The notes under the pieces are model-generated. The model was not told the DNA's origin and made no database searches. It worked only from the letters and a program-made list of their open reading frames with translations. A stretch of 64,000 nucleotides of DNA from Kondoa subrosea (taxonomy: Eukaryota), in the NCBI GenBank assembly GCA_039545335.1, contig BCIN01000001.1, forward strand, positions 1,534,604 to 1,598,603, written 5' to 3'. The translations under genes and the position numbers were made by a program. Each line of letters opens with the position of its first letter. Position 1 is the first letter of the stretch. This document shows, one piece after another, positions 15,439-28,817 of the stretch.

Positions 15439-18400
15439 ATGGAGCATTCACCGCTGATCCAGCTGTTTGATGCGACTTTCAATGCAGACGCTTCCGTCAG
15501 GCAATCTGCAGAGCAAGAGTTTCGCAAGGTGCTTGCTAGCAATTGGCAGCTCTCGGACTAGTCTGATCATATTTCTGAGCTAGAACGAAGCCCACGAAGG
15601 ACTGTTATCTGCGGTCTTACAAATTATAGCAAGCAATGAATGCAGTCTTGGAACAAGGCAGGCAGCTGCAGTTTTCTTCAAGAACAGGATAACAAAAGCT
15701 TGGACATATCAAGAGAGTCGCGTGCATATAGCACCTATTGCGGATTCAGACAAGCTGTACATCAAGCTGAATATTCTGTCGACTCTGTGCAATGTTCCAC
15801 CTGTTCTCAAATCACAGCTCAAGGTCGCTCTTGGTGCTGTTGTCATTGGTGATTTCCCTTCACAATGGCCAGAGTTACTTTCCTTGGTTATGGCTGGCTT
15901 GCAGAGCGGAAAAGAGAATGAAATGGAAGGTGCTTTGCTTGCTATTACTGAAATGTTTAGGGCATACAAGTACGTTGATTGGGGACCTAATCTGAATATG
16001 AATAACATTCAAGCGATAGGTTTCAACTCAGTGATCGAACTGTTCCAAATCAGCTTTCCGACCAAATGTTACCTGTCTTGCACCAGCTTGGTACAACTAT
16101 ACTTCAGCAGACACCACAACCTGCAGCTCCAAAGGCTGTAGGCCGAATCTTACATCTTATATTCAAAATCTACCGCTCGACTATTGCAAGTGGGCTATCT
16201 GAATACCATCAAACTGCAGGCATTGTTGCATGGGGCACGCTGTTCTTGCAAGTCGTCAACCGATCTCTTGATCCTGCAGATCTGCCTGAAGATTCGGAAG
16301 AGCGGGAGAAATCATCATGGTGGAAAGCGAAGAAATGGGCTTACTTTTGCGTATGTTGAGCTTCATTGCTGCCGAACTTCGGATACTGACATGTCATGTA
16401 TCAGCTTAACCGACTCTTCTCCAATTATGGTTCTCCGAGTCAATTAGCGAGTAACCAGACACAATACAAAGCTTTCGCGGCTACTTTTGAAACTCAATTC
16501 GCGCCAGAAATCTTCAAGGCGTATCTTAGACAAATTGAGCTCTATATTGGCCGTCAGATCTGGCTCAGTAGAAGATGTGTTCGCTTGACCATAGATTTCT
16601 TGGATGAATGGCAAGTTAGCATTTGAGAAGTGTGAAGCTTGACTGACAATTGCTCAATAGTATCAAACCCAAATCAACTTGGGCACTACTCAAATCACAT
16701 ATGATGCAACTTGTCGAACACTTTCTTTTCCCTATTCTTTGTCCAGATGAAGACATCGAAGAATCTTTCCAGGACGATCCGGTTGGATTCATTCGACTCT
16801 ATATATCCGACTACAGAGCAGATTATTACTCCAGACCTGAGACTTCTGTGCTGAACCTCATGGAAAGTTTGGCTTCGTCTAGGAAGAAGACGGCTTTGCA
16901 ACCTTTGTTGGAATTCGCTACTGGTATTGTGGCAGGGTAGCTTCTGTCGTCCTAAAACTTCTTGCATAGACTGAATGTCTTAGGATAGATATCCTGCTAA
17001 GCGATCTGCAAGAGAGAAAGAAGGTGCTTTGAAGTTGATTTCGACATTAGCTCCAGCGATTGTGAAATCAGTCAGTCTGGACCCACAAAGAACATTGAAA
17101 TCGAGTAATAGTCATACAGAAAGCTTTTGGCACCAAAATGGACGATTTCTTCCTGCATTATGTTATTCCAGAGTTCTCAAGTCCCAATGGATTATTGCGA
17201 GTACGAGTGAGCGACCACATGTGCAGGTGGAGAATCCAATTGAAGTATGTGATAGGCATGCGAGATGATAGCGCGTTTTGAAGGTTTGCTTTCTCATTTT
17301 TGCCGAATGCGAGCGAATACTCAAGACGAGACAGAGAACAATATGACCTGGAAGGATGAGTCAAATATTGAAAAATTGTTCAGCTTGTGCACCAAGTGTA
17401 TGTCGGACCCAGCTCTTCCGGTGCGAGTACAAGCCGCTCTAGCCTTGCCCGAATTGGTACGGTATCCGCAAAGTGAGTACTTGTCACAAGTGTCTTAATG
17501 ATGTTATCTGAATGAGACCGCTAGTCCGTGGTGTTGTCGCCGCGAATATCGGCCAAATCATGACGGAAATGCTCAGATTGAATTCTGATATTGATATTGA
17601 TGCCTTGGTCGATACATGTCGAAAATTGGTCGAAGACTTTTCAGAAGAATTGATACCTTTTGCTGTCAACTTAGCCTCGCAACTCAATGCGTCCTATCTT
17701 CGAATAATGCAGGAACAATTGGAGGCACGGTCAAATGTTGGTGAGGACGAAGTGCTGGAAGAGAAAACGATAGCAGGTGCGTGAAAAAGTATTATCTACC
17801 TTGGTCCTTGCTCAATACAATCATAGCAATGGGTCTGCTCAGAACGCTTGATCAAGTCATCTCGTCAATCAGCGAGAAACCGGAAATACTACAAGCAGCC
17901 GAAGTCGCTATTCTACCATGTTTACAATTCACTCTACAGCATCAATTCACCGGTATGTGTTACCGAAGCTTATCGCATCACACAACTCATGCATTGTCGC
18001 CGCAGATATGTATGATAACATTTTTGAGCTTGTTGATGCTTTGACTTTCCATCAAAAGGCTATTGGGCAGTCCATGTGGTCTGTCTTCGAGTTGATCCAT
18101 AAGACATTCAAGTCAGAAGGTCTTGATTTCCTTGATGGTAAGTATATGCTTTTGGCGCCTCGCGAAAGCTGACACAATGTATAGAAATGATGGGTGCTCT
18201 GGATAATTTCATTTCTTACGGAAGCGATGTCATAGCTAGCAATCCTCAATACCTTGCGATGCTCATGGACATCTTCGATACAACAATGACAAGCACCAAT
18301 CTCGGTAGGTGGCGCTTCCTACTGGGCCATAGGATGATGCTGACAGAGGACTAGGTGCTGTGGACCGTGTTGCAGCAATCAAAGTCGTAGAATCGATACT

Positions 18401-19504
18401 CCTTAATATGCGTGGCCGGGCTGATTCGGTCGGCGTCCCTTGATCCTGCTTCAGTATACCTCTATTGACAGTCAAACAGGTCTTGCCAACAATCATACAG
18501 CATGCAATGTCGGTAATCACGCGGACTGACACCGAAAAAGAACCAATCGTCACTTCTGCCTTATTTCTGCATGCTCTTGAATTGCTTGTGAACGCTCTAT
18601 ATTACGACCCAGTCCTCACAATATCTATTCTAGACTCGCACAACCAAACAGCAATCTTCTTTACCAAGTGGTTCAGCAAAATTTCTTCCTTCAAGCGTGT
18701 ACATGATCGAAAGATCGGTATTCTAGCGATTGGCAATTTGCTCTCTGTAATACCGAGCTCTGTATCTCATCTCACATCAGAAGCTGTGCACCTAATTCAA
18801 GGCGCGCTGACACTCTTCAAGGATCTGCCGAAAGCCATAGCATGTAAGTAATTTCGAGTACCTGATGCATGATGCTTAAGTATGCTTCTCAGTACGGGCG
18901 CAGCTTGAAAAGGAACTCGACGACCCTGAAGACGACTTGGATAGCGAGGATAATGTTGAGGTCGACGACGATGAGGTCGATCAACTCGGTATGCGAAGAT
19001 ATATACTGATCAAAGAGGCTGTCACTCATTATTGCGATCAGAGGACGATGCGGACGTTGCAAATGATGACGATGGGTATCTGAAGATGCTTCAAGATAAG
19101 ATAGTTCGTCCAGCTGCACTGTCCGTTGCAAGCCAAACCTGAGACTCTCCGTGACAGGCTGAAAAGATAGCAGGCAACAAGGCACGGATCAACGCTGACG
19201 ATGATGATGATGACGATGAATTTGGTGGCTACTCAGACACTGGCTCACAAGAAGATTTCGAGGAAGAAGAACTTGGCTTTGAAAGTCCTTTGGACGACTT
19301 AGACGTCTACGAGCTTTTCAGCTCAATGCTACAATGTTAGTCATGGCTAAAGCATAAAATAGTCTACTAATACTCTACATAGCCATTCAAAGTAATTATC
19401 CACCGTTTGCGCAACACTTGATATCCAGTCTAGATGATAACTCAAAGAAAGCTCTGCAGCAAGTAACTCAGCGAGCGACAGAGGGAGGCGAAGGGAAGCC
19501 TTAG
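15439..19504 (+). CDS. Importin-7/8 family karyopherin (Nmd5/Sxm1-like), many exons
   Basis: IBN_N start (VRQSAEQE…RQAAAVFFKN), DFPSQWP, WWKAKKWAY-LNRLFSNYG, LPVRVQAALAL, RVHDRKIGIL and an acidic loop. Confidence 0.92.
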
Positions 19505-19552
19505 ATGCATATGCTAGAGCTATTATACATTCATATTATACACATCAAATGC

Positions 19553-22500
19553 CTAATTAGCATCTATTTCCATTCCCCCACTGGCCTCTTTCCTCTTCGC
19601 CTTTCTTTCAGTCAAGAATGCTTCGATCTGAGCTTTCAACTCAGTGTCCGGTAAGCATTCTTCGATTGTGAGCGGTGTAGAAGTGAAAGGGCAACGAGGA
19701 TCTAGCATGGCGATCAGCTGCGTATACTTCAGGTGGGTGTAGAGACTCGCCTGACAGCAGATGCTGCACAATACTCGAGCGGTCGATGGATTGTTTGGCT
19801 CGAGGTAAGATAACAGGATCACGCATGAGAGAATAAGTCAGGGGATCTGTGCGATCTTAGATCAGCCATAACGTTGCGATTTAAGCCAGACATCTGCTCA
19901 CCCAAGAACTCGTCGGGAACATCACCCGCTTCCTCGTCGGCGATATCCTCAGCCCTGATGGTTTCCACGCTTTCAATCAACTTGACCAGGCGCTGGATCT
20001 CCTCTTCGGACTTGATGGCCGTGCGACGAGCGATATTTTCAGCTCGATCGAACAGTTCTTTGCTGTAACTTCGACCCTCTCGAGCAATGGCTTGGTGGAA
20101 ATCGGAGAGATTGGCCAGATTGAGATAGATAGAAAGCACATCGCTGAGTAGAACCTTTGGTTGCCAGCGATATTCTTGCATGTTATCGACTTTGAGATCT
20201 TGACTTTGAGGTCCCGCAAGCAGATTGACGTTGTAATTGAGCATAGCAGCCAGACGATCGACAATTTCAGGTCGAGCGAAAGGTGCGCTAGTTTCCTCTG
20301 TCAAGAGCTTGAGAAGACGGACAGTCTCGTTGCAGAGGTTGATGTCCATCTTCGCCGTCCGTTCTGCTTGTTTCAGTTCTGATTCTCTGTCCTTCTTCTG
20401 CTCCGCGTCCAGAGCGTTCCATGCCGCCTGATCGAGCTTCAAGCGTTGGATGGTGCGAATCTTCTGAAGGTTGGTCAGTGATTCGTCGAGTAGGTAGGTA
20501 GTATCGTTGATGAGTAAATTGATGAATCGAACGAACTGATCAACTCGATCAGCTTCTTTACGCAAAGCTTCAATATGCGTTGCATTAGTCCAGAGTACGC
20601 GGAAAACCATTGCGATATAGTAGCGGATATTGACTGTACTGGAATGTCAGCTTCAGCCAACAAACAAAGGGCGACACGAACATTTGTCACTGTAAGTGGA
20701 GACGACACCTTCAGCCATCATTCGGTAGATGAGTGCGCTTTACTCACTAGAATTGCGTGTGCGAGCCGGTCGTTTCGATGTCTACGGAGAGCATCGCTTA
20801 ATCGTTATTATGTAGGCGAAGAAGCAGACTCACCGACGTAAATGCGCATTAGAGCAGGCATGAGGTATTTCAAAGCCAATGGATTAGTATTGATGATATC
20901 GCCGAGAGCGCCTTGCGAGTTGTCTCTAGATCGACGGGTATTATAGAAGAGGATCTCGACGAATTTGCCTTTAATGTAAGGGTTTTTGAGGTATGGAGTA
21001 GAAAGGAAGACTATAAGGAAGGTCATGAGATCATTTAGTGGTTGAGCAGCTAAGAGGGTAGGATCCATCCTGGTCAATGTTCTGAGCCTCCATTGAATGC
21101 TAGTGGATTTGGCAACTCACTTAGAAATAGTCTGGAAGAAACCAATCACATCCTCGAAGATGAATTCAGGTAGCATATTGAAAGCAGCAGGAGCTTGTTC
21201 AGGCAATGGCAAAACGATAGGTACTTGTGGGTGTTTTCCAACTGGATCGACTGCTCTGACAAGCCAAGTCATCAAGAAATTGGAGAAGCCAACTTGAAGC
21301 GAGACGAAAGCTGGATCGAGAAGATGTGTCTGGATGGCCATCATGTCACCCTCGAAGCGCTCCTTGTCCTTTTTGATCTTTTCAAGCTGAGCCCGTACCG
21401 CAGGTTCTTGAGGTGTCTGTGCCAGAAGAAGCGAGCAACAGATCAGTCATGAAACTAAGAAGTTACACGCTCCACGCACTCCAACCCAAGATTGATCAGC
21501 TTCAATCTCTCGAATATGATCACCGTAATCATGGAAACGCCTATTGAGCTTCTCAATCGAATTGGCAGCTGGCATATATCCTAGATGTAAGGACCAAGCA
21601 GCAAGGAAGAAGATCTCCGAAATGAAATTTGGCGGTGAAGCTGTGCGAAAGCGCAATTGACCTCAGGGCTTGTGCTTGGAAAGAGGAGCGTACGATTGCT
21701 TGGAGGCTGAGCAGCATACTCAAGCCATTCTTGTCTCGTAGCATGTACTTTTGTTTCGTCCGCCATATCTATTCTTTGCGATTTCCGGAAATAATCAATG
21801 TCGACTTTATCAATCTATTCGCAACAACACATCACCCAAATGTCAAACAAAAGATATCTAAGAGAAGAATGTTGCACGAACCTTTGAATATGAAGCATCG
21901 ATAAAAGGTGTAGCCAAATTCAGCAGAACTGATTGTAGATTGACCATGAAACTATCGCTAGCCACAGTCCTCGAATCGACCTGTCAGGTCACAAGAGTCA
22001 ATGAAGCTCTTGACTGAGCAATTTGATCTTATCCGGCTGACCTGCATTCCGCTACGTTTAACATTCATTCCCATTACTTTAGCAAAGTATTGCAAAACCG
22101 CTTCTCTAGCTTGTGGAGAAGATCGAACGATATTGTTGAACATAGCAAGAATGATTTCTTGATGCGCTTTAATACTTGCTCGTAATGTATCCATAGTACT
22201 TGCCATATTCTGAGGAGATGTTTCCGATGGTAATGGGAACCAAGTTCTAGCTACATCGGGCTGTCAAAAGTAAGACATCAAGCATCAGCAGCACATCCAA
22301 AGAGTATATGTATAGAATGCCACTGGGACTGACAAAGCGATCTGGAAAACAACCTAATCGAATAACAGGACCAAGAAAACTAGCCAACTCGAATAAAGCA
22401 GGATGAGTGTTTGGACTCCATTCGTTTAATTCCGTCATTAAACTAGCAAGAGGTTTCATTTCCGTCAAACCAGCTAAAGCTCGAACCGGTTCTTGCCAAT

Positions 22501-23793
22501 CCATTGCGCTCATTGTTAAATTTCGTTTTTGGATTTCGCCTGCGAGTCCTGAAATGGTTGGACCCAAAACATCCACTAAAGAGTTTTCGTCTGGGTATTC
22601 AGTTGATGGAGTAAAACGTTTGCAAAGATCGGTCAAGAAGGAATTGAGCAAGTTTGGTGGGATGAGATCTGAGGGAGATTGAGTTGCTGCGGAAAGAATA
22701 ATTGGAGTGAGTTCTTGAGATCCGAGGGGTTTCCTGTCAGATACAGCTTTCAATCAGCGCTATTGTACTATTCTGGAGCTTGACTGACCCTTCCGGTTGA
22801 GGAAACATAGAAGGTTCTTGTAAATTCAAGCCAGTGTAAGAGATGATCAAGCTTCGAATGGCTTCAAGGGATGCCAGTCTCCGAGTGACTTCTTTTGGAT
22901 CCGCGTTCTGTCAGTTACCAACGTTCAAACAGAGGCCTTCGCTCTGATAAAACTTTGCACTGACCTTTCGACCAAGAATCTTTGCTCTTTCAGACCAGCA
23001 TCGTTTCCAGCAGCCAATCAAGTATTCAAAAGCAGTTTCTTGCATAGGTAATCCAGCCAGAACAGTCAATTGCACAGGATCATCTGGACTTATTGAAGGA
23101 TCAAGAGAAAGACGAGCTATAAGTAATCGATCTGCTATAGATCCAGAAATTTGGGTGGAAGCTGTGACATAGCAAGAGACGTTGATCAGCCGAAGCTGAA
23201 CGGCATATATCTCGCGACCCACTCATTTCTTCTTGCAGTTCTTCTTGCAAAGATTTGAGCCAAACTACTTCCCATGACGAATCTTCAGCCTTCTTGCGCT
23301 GTGAGTGACACGTTCAATATGAGCGACAAGAGGTGGCACAGGCGTATTAAACTCACATCAAGCGTAACATTCAGTACTCTACCAATAGCTGCAGCTTCCC
23401 AATCTTCAAACGAATCAGGGAAAGGAACAGGACCGTTCAATGCAAGAGGAGTAGCAGCGGCGGATTGAGGTGTTCCATTCGATACTGAACGAGAAGTAGA
23501 AGCTACAGGTTGAACCTAGTATAGGGCACAAATCACGCTTGAGCCTTTGTCAATCGCGTTATTGGATAAGTCAGACGCACAACAGGTTTGGGTTTAGGAG
23601 TTACTGGTACTGGAGCTGGTGAAGCTGGCTTAGGTGTGCTTGCTGCTTCAGAGCTAGAAGGTGTAGCAGAAGCAGAGAGTTTAGCAATCCGCTTGAGACG
23701 AATCTGTCAGTCAACGTAGCCATCAGCGGCTGCCCAGCATGGGAGCAGGGGTAAGCTGACCTTCTCAGCATCAGACAGAGGTGTATCGCTCAT
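19553..23793 (-). CDS. UFD2: Ubiquitin conjugation factor E4 with C-terminal U-box
   Basis: DAEK-IRLKRIAKL start, PNFISEIFFL, YLKNPYIKGKFVEIL, FVRFINLLINDTTYLLDE, VPDEFL-DPL and CPFTSTPL. Confidence 0.95.
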
Positions 23794-23897
23794 ACTTGCG
23801 GCTCGCTGATCAAGACCAAGATGCGATTTGCATTGTGTCACTCATCTTTTGCCAACATCGACTTGCTCACAGATACCACACAGAGAACAGTATTGAA

Positions 23898-25350
23898 ATG
23901 ACCACTGCACCAGCTATATCCGTCGAGAAGGCTAAAGGCGACGGATTTATGAAGCGAGCCGAGTACAAAGCAGCTGCTGCAGCATATACACGAGCAATAG
24001 CAGGCAAAGATACATCGGATGCAGTGTACCTCAACAGATGTCAAGCTTACGTGAGTCAGTCATTTCTTTCCCCCTTCGTTTGCTGTACTTTGGACATCTG
24101 ATGAATAATGTTCCACAGCTTCGACTGTATGAATACGTCAAAGCGGAACAAGATGCTACAGTAGTACTCAACAGACGACCGAATGCGAAAGCATTCTATA
24201 GAAGAGGTCTAGCAAGGAAACAGCTAAACAAATTGGTAGAGAGCTTGCAGGATTTGGAGAAAGCACAAGAGCTGGACTCTTCAAATCAAAGTATCAAGGA
24301 TGAAATCAAGAGCTTGCGAGAGATCTTACCTTCTCCGAAACCTGCTCCTACCGTCAAAGCACCCAAAGAATCATCGCAAGCTACAGAAAGTAAACCTGCA
24401 CCAAAATCACTAGAGCCTAAGCCTGCTGTCGAGATCCCTTCTTCTCGGCCGACCGCTCCACAAGTCGAATCACTGAGAGAGGAGTCACCCAACGAAGCCA
24501 AAACTCGGAAGCTGAAAGCAGCAGTCTCATCAGTTCCGCAAGATGATGAATCAGGCTTGATGAAAGCAGTCTCGACTCGTCGAATAGCACCCGAAAGTAA
24601 CTCTACACCTTCTTCTTCCTCAGTAGCATCAAGCTTTCAAGCCGCAAAAGCTGCTCGAACATCCAGATTAGCTAGCGTTGAACCGATCCAAAGAGTTCGC
24701 TCACCACCTTCTACTCCTTTGGATCCTCTACCATCGATGGTAGCGACTAGCACATCGAACGCCTCTTCTTCTTCTGCTCTACCCGCTTCTTCCAAAAGCA
24801 TTACAGAATCGCAAGACTTTATTGCTGATGCCAAATCTTCCATATCAACACTTCCTCTGACAACACCTCTGCCAACAATCAAATCAGCGTTCGAATTCAC
24901 TCGAGCGTGGAGAGAAGCAGCTGTAACCGAATCCAAGAATTCTTATTCAGCTCGATGGCTCGTTTTACTGGTATGTTTGCGTATCTATTTGGTTTTCATG
25001 GATTGACCTTTTCATGTGCAGAGGTTAGATGAAGATTTGAAAGCTGTGTTTGGGAATAGTTTAGAACCGGAAATGGTTTCTGATATTCTTGGGTGTTTGG
25101 AAAACATGTACGTCTCCGTACAAGTCGTTGGCTGTACATTAGCTTATGGCTTGAATGGGTGTACAGTACGCAGAAAGAATTGAAAGCGATACCGAGAGCT
25201 AGCCAGATCTTACTCAATTTATCAGCTTGTGGGAGATTTGACATGATTGCTATGTTTCTGGAAGAAAAGGAGCAAGCGATTGTCAAGCGGATATTAGACG
25301 CAGCTCAAGTGTCGAAAAAAGACAGTCAAAGGGTAGCGTGGGGCCTCTGA
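23898..25350 (+). CDS. TPR co-chaperone with RPAP3/Spaghetti-type C-terminal domain
   Basis: TPR with carboxylate-clamp-like residues (KAKGD…YLNR…KAFYRRG), a long disordered linker, then SAFEFTRAWR…VFGNSLEPEM…GRFDMIAMFL. Confidence 0.8.
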
Positions 25351-25385
25351 ATCTGAACATTATATTACAAACTGAACCAAAAAAA

Positions 25386-27987
25386 TCACTGCAAGGCGCC
25401 TTTGCCGACCAGTACAACCTCATCTAATCGTGTATACCTTGAAGTATATTGTCTCCGTCTATGCTTCTTCCAATCTGTTTCATCTGTTGTCATTCCAGCA
25501 GCTTCCTCTTTCTGCTCCTCCGCGATAATCTCTTCTATCACTTCTTCTAATGTTTCACCGCTCGCCTGTTCTTCAGGCTTTACTTCCTTATCATTTGAGC
25601 CGTCGTCCGGTCTAGCTAGACCTTCATCATTGATTTCATCACTAACAAATTCATCTTCATCTTCCGTTTCTGGCGAAGTGATTTCTTTCGATACTTCAAT
25701 CTTGCCAGGAGTACCAGAATCATTCGTACCAGTCTTTTGAGCAGCAGCAGCACTAGAAGAAAGAGATGCCCAAACTCCATCATCTCGATCTCCTTGACCA
25801 GAACCATCGAGTAACTTGTAAGTAGAGATAGTTTCGCCCCAATCGGATAAAGTGAAAATTCGAACTCTTCTGTCGAAACCTCTCATTCCATATCCAGAGT
25901 AAGAAGAACCACCAGACTGTCGCAATAGAAATAATCAGTACCCTCTTTTCTCCAAAAGTGGGATAGGAAATATACGAAGCACATCCAAATCCCTTTGATC
26001 CTTTCGCAAGCGTCGCGAAGATGAGAATGACCATGAGCGATAACTTTCACTTCGGGTAAAGGACTAGCGGATTCGAATTCGTCTAATTCGTCCATTTTGC
26101 CCACTTCACTCTGCGCCAATAGCGCTTTGGTGAAGAAACCAGAATTGGCTAGAAAGATAAAATCAGGCAAGATTGGACAAGAACAAGTCGTAAAAACTTA
26201 CTTCTAGGTGCACTGTATTCTTCCAGATCTGTAGTCCCGATCGAAAGCGGTTCACCAGAAGAAGAAGAAGTATCAGGCGTGTCGTAAGCTTCTGGTAGAG
26301 GAATATGGAAGAAAGCCATTGCGTTTGGTTTCTTCAATTCCTGCATGACCAACTGACGTTTCCCAGATTTTCTTCTTCTCTTGTTCATCTTTCGATCGTT
26401 CGATAAAGCGCCATTGAGTGTTCCGAGCCCTTCGTGAAGAATGTTAGGTATTCCGAAAGCGACATCTTCGGATGAGAGATCTGTTGGACCAGCGTAAGGT
26501 CGAAGAATAGGTTTGACGGTATTTGAGATGGATTGGAACCAGCGAATCTGAGACTCCTTGATCCAATCATACTCGTAACCTGAGAAAAGAGAAGTTTTAT
26601 GGGCGGAATGCGAATCGACAAAGTAAAGGGAGAAGAGGGCATCGCTATTCGGATCAGGACCTTTGATAGGGAGGTAGAAGTTAGAGACACCGTCAACTTC
26701 TTCAGGAGATGCTGATCCGAGGAAGTAAGGAAATTGTTGCATGAGTTGCATTTGAGTTCTCCGATCGAGATCGGTGGCCTCCGAATCGTGGTTCCCAAAG
26801 ACAGCTGTCCAAGGTATTTGACGACCAGCGAAGAGAGTGTTTACTTTATATAGTACACTTGCAGCGTCCCAAGAAGTCTCTTGACCATTAAGCTGATCAC
26901 CGCTCAATACAATAAGACCTGGTTGGACTTCATCAATCAGCTCATTGAGCCATTGCAGAGTCGATTGATCCGAAGCTTCAGGCGAAGTTGGACAAGCTGT
27001 GAGATTAGCAATGTCCTTGCATTTGCCATCTGAGACAGAGAAATGCAGATCCGCAATCTGAAGGATAGTCAGGTTACCGGAGCGATCAAAGTGTAGATCT
27101 GGCGTAGTTTTATTGACAGCTGCGATCCCATGAGTCACGGTCTTTCGATTCACGAGACTTCACTGACGAGAACCTCTCAAAGCCTGCAGTTTTACAGGAT
27201 CTTTTCCCTTGACATCGCTGATCTTGCCAATATCCTCCCACTTTTCTGATCTGAAACCTGAATTGCCATAGACTACTTGAAGATCCGTGATCGCTTCACC
27301 AGCTATATTCGTCTCAAACCAAAGATTCAAAGCAGGTTCTCGCCAAATTGCTCCAGTCATTGATTCTCCTTCAGCTTTCTTCCATCCGCCTTCTCTTAAC
27401 TCCTCGCTCATCTCATCAGCTTCAGCTTCTTTAGGTGAGAGCAACTTGATGTCTGTTATAGCAGGTAAAGGTGATCCCTTGATCCGCCTACGGAAGAAGA
27501 TGTAGGTGTACCAAAGTCCAACATGCTTGTTAAGATCTCGATTCAACATAATCCAAGGTCCTCTGACAGCATCTTCAGCAGGTGTACTTGGAGGTGCGCA
27601 AATATCCCATAAACCAGGGGGGAAGGTACAGGATTGTACTGTCAATTATTGAGTTGAGTTCCAAGACATACAGCTATCTGATTACTTACTATAGATTTCC
27701 GTTAGTGGCGATACAGAAGAGTCGGTCGAAATGGACAGATCTACATCTTGGTTCGTGGAATTGCTGAGATTCAACGCTGCTTGTTGTGGCTGTAGCTGAC
27801 CGACAGATTGATCATGCTGCCATCCAATGGTTGATGCTACTTCAGGTCCTAATGGGATTCCCTTGAGAAGCGAATCGCGAAAGGCCAGTAGAATCGTTAT
27901 GAGGAGCACGACCGTCAAGAAAGACACAGTATTGCCGCGACGTGAGCCAAAGAAGCTGGACAGAACAGCAGCATTGCGCCGTCTCAT
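25386..27987 (-). CDS. Dcr2-like calcineurin-like metallophosphoesterase with N-terminal membrane anchor
   Basis: ILQIADLH, LSGDQL, FGNHD, FFHIPLPE, GHSH and GGSSYSGYG…RRVRIF. One N-terminal TM helix. Confidence 0.88.
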
Positions 27988-28817
27988 GCTCGCATGTCAG
28001 AAACCAGGCCAAAGGTCGGCTCTCCAGCTCAATTCAGCGAGTAGTTGCTGCGTGATGTGTCAAGGCGAGGAGGACGAGTACGATAAGCTCAAGCTAGCTT
28101 GTATTGGCCGTTACTTAACGAAGTAGCGCCCTCTGTCGAATCGCGAAGCAGCTTGCTCTTGACCGTGACTGCTGTGTCTGCCTTTAGGTTTCTCGTCTCT
28201 CTAGAATTTGCAATCATATCAGGTCTATCATGCTTGCAGCCGTCTCCAACTCAAACCTGTAGATTCTTCGATTTCCAGTCTACGCAAGAACGGCGCAACA
28301 GTCAAATCGAAACTAGCAGCTTCTGCGCTAGCGGTGCCCCTCTCAGACGCTCGTCTGCTTACGTCTGCTTATGACTCGGACCAATTTCAATGAAATATCT
28401 ATAATCACTCAGCAGACCTAAAACGCCTGGACAGCAAAGCTATGATCCGATTGACAGTGATTGATGATGGATCTTGCTGGGCTTTGGCTGGCGAGCAGTA
28501 GCGTCTGCTCGCGTCTCAGTCTCTGTGCTACAATGTTGTATTCCTCTTCCTGACCTAATTGTGCCTGTTGGCCTTTGTCTTCTTGTGGTCCGGCGCCTAG
28601 TGCTCAGTCGAGAGAGCGTTGCGTTGTTCGCTTTCACGCAGCCTCCTCCGTGTCAACGCCGGTCGACGGCGTCGCGACCGTCTCCCGATAACCGTGATCA
28701 ACCGTTTGATCGGCATCTATGATACTGTATTCACAACAAAAGCCTTCAAGTTTCTAATTCTGGCTGCTTTTTGGCTTACAATCGTACTACCATCGCCATG
28801 TCACACATTTCGAACAA

